Shown here in pieces: positions 55,801 through 64,000 of a DNA stretch of 64,000 nt. The stretch's first letter is position 1. Each line of letters starts with the position of its first letter. A model generated the notes under the pieces. It was not told where the DNA came from. It did no database searches and worked only from the letters and a program-made list of their open reading frames with translations. Made by a program: the position numbers and the translations under genes. The stretch comes from Eledone cirrhosa (Eukaryota). The DNA is taken from the NCBI GenBank assembly GCA_964016885.1, contig OZ024764.1, positions 2,170,001-2,234,000 on the forward strand, read 5' to 3'.

Positions 55801-56681
55801 TCTGGGTCCCTTAACTGCGGTGGTCTCGAGTGCTGGTGTGGATGACCCTGGCTCTGGAGACGATGCAGCCAGGTCAGCTGTCCCACAATCTTCTCTGCCA
55901 TCACTAAAAAATTTTTCTGATCTGCTGCTGCCATCTGTATCTCGTCGGCATGTGCGTGCCTTCTCCTTGTTGGTGCAGCACGCGCGACATCAGCATACTT
56001 CTGGAGCGGCTTATTTCGGCTTTGGCTGGGGCATGTTGCGCGAGTATGATGGGCATAGTTCGTTTGAGACCTAGGGTGGGCGAATCTGCATCCCATCCCT
56101 GTCTCTCCATGCCAGCATGTCCCGTTCTTGAAAAACTTGCACATTACTTGGTGTTTTTTGCTCCCAGTGTCTCGGTGCTTTCTGTTCTTTCTTTGAACAG
56201 TTGTCCACTGGTCCCTCTGCGCTTGGTTCTCCTTCGGAAGGTGATTTCGCTTTTCACCTTTGCCCTTAGCTTGTTGGTTGCCCGGCCTGCCCTTCCTGCC
56301 TGTAGCGGAGGGTATATCATTTTCTTTCAGGTCCGTGCTTGTGCTCTCCTCCTTTTCTTTTTCCCTTTCCTTTTCCTCTTCCTTTTCCCTCTCCTTCTCC
56401 TCATCCCTCCCTTCGGTTTTCTCCTCCCTGAGGACACGGCTTAGCATCGCCATATGAGGCGCTATGAGGACATACGCCTTCTCAATTTCTTTTCTCTTTC
56501 TCTCTATCTGTACCAGGGTCCTCATAAACCCATGGCTCTTCAGGTTCTCCGCCATCTTTTTGCTTGGTGGAGACCCATCAGCCATAGTCCACCCCTTGAT
56601 CAAAACCGCTAGTTCAATCTTCGACCAGTTTCGCTGACTCCTGATTTCACATTTTTCCCATTTTTCCTGCATGCAGTCCAT
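55719..56681 (-). CDS. LINE ORF1 (~320 aa from MDCMQEK) with Myb/SANT-like motif and CCCH zinc finger
   Basis: NWSKIELAVLI...MAENLKSHGFMRTLVQIERKRKEIEKAY; CKFFKNGTCWHGETGMGCRFAH; the upstream ORF extension is mostly CT-repeat UTR. Confidence 0.8.
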   Translation of the reverse strand: MDCMQEKWEKCEIRSQRNWSKIELAVLIKGWTMADGSPPSKKMAENLKSHGFMRTLVQIERKRKEIEKAYVLIAPHMAMLSRVLREEKTEGRDEEKEREKEEEKEREKEKEESTSTDLKENDIPSATGRKGRPGNQQAKGKGEKRNHLPKENQAQRDQWTTVQRKNRKHRDTGSKKHQVMCKFFKNGTCWHGETGMGCRFAHPRSQTNYAHHTRATCPSQSRNKPLQKYADVARAAPTRRRHAHADEIQMAAADQKNFLVMAEKIVGQLTWLHRLQSQGHPHQHSRPPQLRDPEWPPLTPDQVSYRQPLLAPQKSHQCCC

Positions 56682-56900
56682 TTCGCTGTGGAGGGGAGAA
56701 AGAGGGACAGTGGGAGGTGTAGAGTAGAGGTTAGAGAGGGACAGAGTGAGGGAGGGAGATAGAGATATAACTCCAGTGAGAGAAAAAGAGAAACAGAAGA
56801 AAAGAAAAGAAAAGGGGGAGACAGAAGAGGGGAGCGAGAGAGATAGAGGGGAGCGAGAGAGATAGCGGGAAGAGTGGGGGGGGTCAGAGGGAGAGAGAGA

Positions 56901-56932
<32 letters not shown>

Positions 56933-57616
56933 CTCGTTGATCTAGAGAGAGGGAGAAAGAGAGCTCGTTGATCGAGAGAGAGAGAGGGGGAGAGAGAGAG
57001 AGAGAGGAAGGAGAGAGATAGAGACAGCGTGAGAGCGTGAGCAACTGCAGTTCATAAATATAAAAATAAATTTTTAAATCTAAATTTAAATTAATGAATG
57101 GGAGAAACCGGAAACAGAGATATAGAAACACGATGTAAATGTCTGTTTACAAATATACAGAGTTATTGTAATATCAGCATATCATACAAGAAACAACGAA
57201 ATCGGGTCAAATACAGATAAGATTATACAAAATCAAACAAGATTATATCAAATTAAATTATGTTACTCAGAAATATCAAAGTTAATACAAAATTGCTTAA
57301 GCTAAACCAAAATGCTCTGTATGAAACAAAAATAGAAAGCACGTGTGTGTGTTGTCTCCCATGAATGAATCATACAGTGAAAATAAACATGTTCAAAACG
57401 GTAATATATGTAAAATATACTTCAAAATAATTGCGACAAAGCACAAAAACTTATCTTTTTTGTATGTTTTCCTTGTCCTCTGAAGAATTAAAACCATACA
57501 TAAATCCGATTACTGTCGATTTAAAATATTAAAATTTCAAAATCCGGAGAGACGACAATCCACATCTTATACCAACAAGTGCCAAGCCTATATATATATA
57601 TATATGTATATATATG

Positions 57617-57665
<49 letters not shown>

Positions 57666-57703
57666 ATATATATATGTATATATAAATATATATATATATG
57701 TAT

Positions 57704-57769
<66 letters not shown>

Positions 57770-57854
57770 GTATATGTATATATGTATATATATATATGTA
57801 TATATATATATGTATATATATATATGTATATATGTATATATATATATATCTATG

Positions 57855-57885
<31 letters not shown>

Positions 57886-58011
57886 GTATATATATATATA
57901 TACATATATATGTATATATATATATAGATCTATATATATGTATATATATATATGTATATATATATATGTATATATATATATGTATATATATGTATATATA
58001 TATATATATGT

Positions 58012-58061
<50 letters not shown>

Positions 58062-58072
58062 GTATATATATG

Positions 58073-58104
<32 letters not shown>

Positions 58105-58156
58105 TATATATATGTAAATATATATGTATATATATATGTATATATATATATATGTA

Positions 58157-58203
<47 letters not shown>

Positions 58204-58225
58204 GTAGATATGTATATATAGATCT

Positions 58226-58279
58226 AAGTATGTATGTATACGTACATACATATATGTATACAGACGTACAGTAGCACGC

Positions 58280-58310
<31 letters not shown>

Positions 58311-58842
58311 TATACACATATGCATACAGGTACACATACATATATGCACGCATCAGTTTAGCCGACGTTTATTATAACGCAGCTTTGTTCGCTTGTTTGT
58401 CAACAAACTGAACAGCCTGAATTTATGCCATACGGTGTTAAGGCAACCACGTCACCTTTTTGTTCAATACTGACACAGGAACGATGTACTAGTTTCAAGC
58501 TTGTTAGCGATCATCAGCACCGTTTACCCATCTGCCAGATAGTTGAACGTTCGAAAGTATATACTTTCCTTATGAAAATTAACGGCTGAGCAGTATATAC
58601 TTTCGAACGTTCAACTATCTGGCAGATGGGTAAACGGTGCTGATGATAGCTAACAACCTTGAAACTAGTACATCGTTCCTGTGTCAGTGTTGAACAAAAA
58701 GGTGACGTGGTTGCCTTAACACCGTATGGCATAAATTCAGGCTGTTCAGTTTGTTTACAAACGAACAAAGCGGCGTTATAATAAGCGTCTGCTAAACTGA
58801 TGCGTGCATATATGTATGTGTACCTGTATGCATATGTGTATA

Positions 58843-58873
<31 letters not shown>

Positions 58874-58985
58874 GCATGCTACTGTACGTCTGTATACATA
58901 TATGTATGTACGTATACATACATACTTACATTTAAGTAAGTGCCATACTAAGAGTGAGAAATGAAATTTCGTTTTCATTTTTTTT
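58226..58985. mobile_element. Head-to-head fold-back copy of the 468-bp family with two HHRs (58480-58524 -, 58633-58677 +)
   Basis: Both arms match the array monomer; junction near 58590. Confidence 0.92.
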
Positions 58986-59002
58986 TTTCAACTTATATAT
59001 AG

Positions 59003-59074
<72 letters not shown>

Positions 59075-59077
59075 CTA

Positions 59078-59117
<40 letters not shown>

Positions 59118-59621
59118 TAGATAGATAAATCTACCACAATATACGGTAGTGTCCAATCCGTATGAAGAACTCAATGTAATCCAAATATCATGGAAAGAGA
59201 AGATGTATTCAAAAGTTTTTTCGATGAAAATCACAGGAAAACAGAGTCAAGATCAATTAATTGTCTCTACTTTAGGCACAAGGCCAGCAATTACCCAGTG
59301 CATTACTGGTACTTTATTTTATCGACCCCGTAAGGATGAAAGGCAAAGTCAACCTCGGCGGGATTTGAACTCAGATCGTAAAGGCACGTAACTATGTTGG
59401 AAAGCATGGCGTCCGACCCTCTACTGATACTGCCAATCCAGAGTCAAGATAAATTAATAAAAACAATGTATAAAAACAAAGAAACAGTTCCTTATATTAA
59501 AAAATTCATCAGTTTACGATCGTTTCTAGGATATATGTGTGTGTATTGGTATGTATATTATATAAATCTATGTAAACATTTTACAAACTATCAGAGGAAA
59601 TACCTACACATATATATGCTG

Positions 59622-59755
59622 ATTATTTCTGAAGACAGCATATATATGTGTAGGTATGTATATTGCCTCTGATAGTTTGTAAAATGTTTACATAGATCTA
59701 TATGATATACATACCAACACACACATATATATCCTAGAAACGATCGTAAAATGAT
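59622..59755 (+). ncRNA. Type I hammerhead with ~100-nt helix II domain, in fold-back 59449-59813
   Basis: ATTATTT-CTGAAGA-(ATATATATGTGT..GGTATGTATAT / ATATACATACC..ACACATATATAT)-GAAA-CGATC-GTA-AAATGAT; palindromic ACGATCGT. Confidence 0.75.
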
Positions 59756-60075
59756 GAATTTTTTAATATAAGGAACTGTTTCTTTGTTTTTATTCATTGT
59801 TTTTATTAATTTATATACATATATTATATATATATATATATCAAAATGAAAATCCGAAGGGAAAGTAAAATTCCAATTATTTAATCACGACACATGTTTC
59901 AATAAGAGATAGATTGATTGTGAAGTAATGATCGATTATCACCGATCTCATCAGGTGAAAAGGAATTGTCTTCGAATTCTTGATATGAGGGAGAAAAGAT
60001 AACGATGTTCTCTCACAGAATTCATTCCCTCATATTTTTTCTCCCTCATATCAAGAATTTGAAGACAATTCATTT

Positions 60076-60149
60076 TCACCTGATGAGATCAGTGATAATC
60101 GATCATGGCTTCACAATAGATCTATCTCTTATTGAAACATGTGTCGTGA
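60076..60149 (+). ncRNA. Hammerhead-like motif with atypical domain II, in fold-back 59840-60194
   Basis: TCAC-CTGATGA-GATC..GATC hairpin plus ~29 extra nt-GAAA-CATGT-GTC-GTGA. Confidence 0.55.
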
Positions 60150-60329
60150 TTAAATGATTGGAATTTTACCTTGCCTTCAGATTTTCATTTTGATACTTAT
60201 ACTCCGTTTTACATCATCTAGCTGTTCCCTTGAATGGAATGGGAGATATACAAAAGCGTGGAGAACTTATTGCTAACATAAATTTATTGGACCATTTTAC
60301 ACAACCAATAATGCACCTTACTATATAAC

Positions 60330-60377
<48 letters not shown>

Positions 60378-60409
60378 GAACTAAGTGAGAAATTAGGAAT
60401 AAGAGGGAT

Positions 60410-60660
60410 TAGTGTGGACTGGGTGTTGTTTGTTGTGACACCTACATGACCACTTTACAATGTGGACTGGGTACTTTTTCTTGTGACACCTACATGACCA
60501 CTTTACAGTGTGGACTGGGTACTATTTCTTGTGACACCTACATGACCACTTTAAAGTGTGGACTGGGTACTTTTTGTTGTGACACCTACATGACCACTTT
60601 ACAGTGTGGACTGGGTACTTTTTGTTGTGACACCTACATGACCACTTTACAGTGGGAGGG
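60410..60660. repeat. 44-bp tandem repeat derived from the RTE 3'UTR unit
   Basis: GTGACACCTACATGACCACTTTACAGTGTGGACTGGG repeated about 5 times. Confidence 0.88.
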
Positions 60661-60907
60661 GGTGGAGGCATCAGATGCAAATGGCCAAGTAGGACATTCA
60701 AACATAACCATCAGGACACTGGCCTCACTGGATGAGATTCTCTTGCTGTGATGAGACATGTGGGAAGTCTAGGCCAAGAACTTGGTGTATGTTTCACCCT
60801 CGAAGGAGAGATGACATAAGAAGGGGGAGTTTGTTCTCAACTATCCTGTCATGTCATGACCAACATACACAGATCAAAGTATATATATATGTGTATATAT
60901 ATATATA

Positions 60908-61802
60908 CTAGCTAAAGTACCCGTCCTTTGGACAGTTCAAGTAGCTTTCGATGTAGCTCATTAAACTAAACAAAGTAAATTTGAATACATAGAAGAAAAA
61001 CGTACTTTATGTAAACATGAAAACCTTAGGCACTATTCCAGCGAAATAATTAATATGTGAGCTCGGTGTCATCCATTAAACCATGTAACAACAGAAATCC
61101 AGTCTAGGTATACATTTTTTTGACAACAGTAAAAGGGCATCATGAAATAGAGAATTGAAGTGAATAATAGACACTATTTAGCAGTAGAGGGTTGGACGCC
61201 ATGCTTTCTAGCATAGTTACGTCCCTTTACAGTCTGAGTTCAAATCCCGCCGAGGTTAACTTTGCCTTTCATCCTTACGGGGTCGATAAAATAAAGTACC
61301 AGTAATGTACTGGGTAATTGCTGGCCTTGTGCCAATAGTAGAAACAATTATGTACAAAGCATAATATTGTAAAAGTTATGACATCACTTAATGTCTGAAC
61401 ATCAAGCTTGAAACGATAAATTATACAATGTCAAATCTATAACTTAACTTAGTAATCTGTTAGAAATTGCTGCTTGTGAAATATATAAAATGATATTGTT
61501 AGTCTCAAGGAAGCGTACTTTTGTTTCAAGTACAAAGAGTAAATTAAAATCCGAATGAGCCGAATTACGAAAGATAACTCTTGTCTTACTTAATCACGAA
61601 AATTCACACAAATAACCGAAACTTTTTTAATGTCTCCAAAAGCCCCAATATCGATTTTTGAAAGCCTTTGTAGATCATGTACAAGTTTTGTGCAAGGAGA
61701 AGCTCTGTAAAAAATTTCAAAGAAATTGCATGAATGGTTTAGAATATATGAGCCCTCATTAAAAATTGTCCACACACATATACAGAAAACTTTGTCTCTA
61801 TA
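60908..61802 (-). mobile_element. Non-autonomous Helitron-like element with a nested SINE
   Basis: Minus-strand hairpin CTGTCC aaa GGACGG followed by CTAG|T. Confidence 0.6.
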
Positions 61803-62231
61803 TATATATACAGATATGTGTGTGTGTATATATATATATATATGTGTGTGTGTATATATATATATATGTGTGTGTGCGTATATATATATATATAAGGGAT
61901 AACAAAATATCGTTATAGGTAATCCAGTTAGAGGTTGTGAGTACTTCGTATTATGGATAGTTTTAGCGTACGGCGTTGTTTGACTCAACAAGAGGTTTCC
62001 GTAGGTGGTGAGTTTATGAGTTCACTTGAATTCTTATGTAAGTTTATCTTGGAGTAATAATATTGAAAGAGTGAAGAATAACATGGTCAACAGTACAAAA
62101 AAAGTTTTTTTTTACAGTCTTAACAATTGTTTCACTGATTAAGTTGTCTAAAAATTGCTGAACACTTGGAGCTGTGCCACTCAGTTTTAAATACGTTGTT
62201 AGCTTAACCAGATCATCAGAAAAACTGAGTT

Positions 62232-62337
62232 TCTCTGATGATCTGGTTAAGCTAACAACGTATTTAAAACTGAGTGGCACAGTTCCAAGTGTTCAGCAAT
62301 TTTTAGACAACTTAATCAGTGAAACAATTGTTAAGAC
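62232..62337 (+). ncRNA. Hammerhead-like motif with long helix II, in fold-back 62067-62388
   Basis: CTGATGA-tCTGGTTAAG...CTTAATCAGt-GAAA-CAATT-GTT; palindromic AACAATTGTT; helix I weak. Confidence 0.6.
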
Positions 62338-62399
62338 TGTAAATAAAACCCCTTTTTGTACTGTTGACCATGTTATTCTTCATTCTCTCTATATGTATA

Positions 62400-62430
<31 letters not shown>

Positions 62431-62513
62431 GTTAATCTCAGGTTCAATCGGAGGTAACCACAGTAAGTAAGGTACTCAAAATATATAAATACCACCATAT
62501 TACATTGATAGTC

Positions 62514-62564
62514 GGCTTCCTGATGATTTCTTCTGAATGAAACAGTTCTAGTCCTGTAGAAGCC
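62514..62564 (+). ncRNA. Type I hammerhead ribozyme with all three helices
   Basis: GGCTTC-CTGATGA-tTTC ttct GAAt-GAAACAG ttctagtc CTGTA-GAAGCC. Confidence 0.85.
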
Positions 62565-62574
62565 ATTTCTATAC

Positions 62575-62610
<36 letters not shown>

Positions 62611-62614
<4 letters not shown>

Positions 62615-62968
62615 CGACCTCCCATGGTAATACAGAGTACCCGACCTCCCATGGGTACAAGCTGAAGCATACAGACAATATGCCCCTACACCCCCCATCG
62701 CAAGGTGGTCGTGGAGGTGCCACGGCAAAAAAGCACCCAGCCCACACTGTAAAGTGGACGTGTAGGCGCCACGAAAAAGCACCCAGCACTCACTGTAAAT
62801 GAGGTTGGTGTTAGGAAGGGCATCCAGCTGTAGAAATCAAGCCAGATCAGTTCCTGTATGAGCAAGGCAAGGTCACCCGACCGGACACTGCCCACAACAG
62901 GACAACCCGTCTAACCCCATGATAGCATTGAAGAACGGACATAAAACGGTGATGATGATGATGATGAT
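62611..62968 (+). mobile_element. RTE 3'UTR fragment
   Basis: Match to 25300-25643 with (GAT)n tail. Confidence 0.88.
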
Positions 62969-63014
62969 ATATATATATACACCATTTTACTGCAATTTTT
63001 CCCCCCACACACAC

Positions 63015-63047
<33 letters not shown>

Positions 63048-63117
63048 AAGTGCATGTGTGTGTGTATATATATATGTATATGTGTGTATGTGTATATATA
63101 TATATATTATATATATA

Positions 63118-63360
<243 letters not shown>

Positions 63361-63564
63361 ATATATATATATATATTATATATATATATATATTATATAT
63401 ATATATATATTATATATATATATATTATATATATATTATATATATATATATATATATATTATATATTATATATATATATATATTATATATATATATATAT
63501 ATTATATATATATATATATTATATATATATATTATATATATATATATTATATATATATATATAT

Positions 63565-63626
<62 letters not shown>

Positions 63627-63634
63627 ATATATAT

Positions 63635-63684
<50 letters not shown>

Positions 63685-64000
63685 TATTATATATATATTA
63701 TATATATATGTACATGAATGTATAAAAAAATATGTGCAGTTTCTCAATTTAGAAAAGAAAACAATGTTTTGACAAGTTAAACTGATGTCAGAGATAGTTG
63801 AGGGGTGTGGGTGATGTGGGGTGTTGGGGTGGTGGGGGTAGGGGGTAGGGGTGGGGTAGGGTGGGGGCGTCGGGGTGGAGTGTATGTATGTGTGTGTATG
63901 TATCATTGTATGTGTGTGTGTGTGTGTATGTGTGAGTATATGTATGGGGGTGTATGTATGTGTATGTATCATTGTATATATGTGTGTCTATATGTGTGAG

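Larger units (their letters stand above)
52686..57588 (-). mobile_element. Full-length CR1-group LINE, apparently intact
   Basis: Two uninterrupted overlapping ORFs; 3' hairpin TCAGCC gaat GGCTGA and (TAAAAGAG)2 tail; (TA)n on both flanks; 5' boundary inferred. Confidence 0.9.

Noticed and set aside
56682-57131. N-terminal 150 aa of the 470-aa ORF
   Set aside because: Translation of the CT-repeat and AT-rich 5'UTR; ORF1 more plausibly starts at 56681

Overview
Repeat-saturated eukaryotic intergenic or intronic DNA. The SINE/RTE/microsatellite make-up suggests a cephalopod such as Octopus (inference). I see no credible host protein-coding gene. Transposable elements: a decayed mariner, many RTE LINE and SINE copies, a hAT fragment, an L1/Tx1 fragment, several Helitron derivatives, MITEs, and an apparently intact full-length CR1-group LINE (52.7-57.6 kb) whose ORF1 has a Myb/SANT-like motif and a CCCH finger. 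The main result is non-coding. A near-perfect 468-bp tandem array (43.7-51.4 kb, about 16.4 units) carries a type I hammerhead ribozyme (HHR) in every unit and begins with a short 5' inversion. This fits a retrozyme-like circular-RNA element inserted as a concatemer. At least eight further short sequence families carry complete, atypical or partial HHR folds. Most sit in (TA)n tracts as head-to-head fold-back palindromes that turn at or just 5' of the ribozyme. All RNA folds were derived by eye and activity is untested. Many boundaries are approximate.
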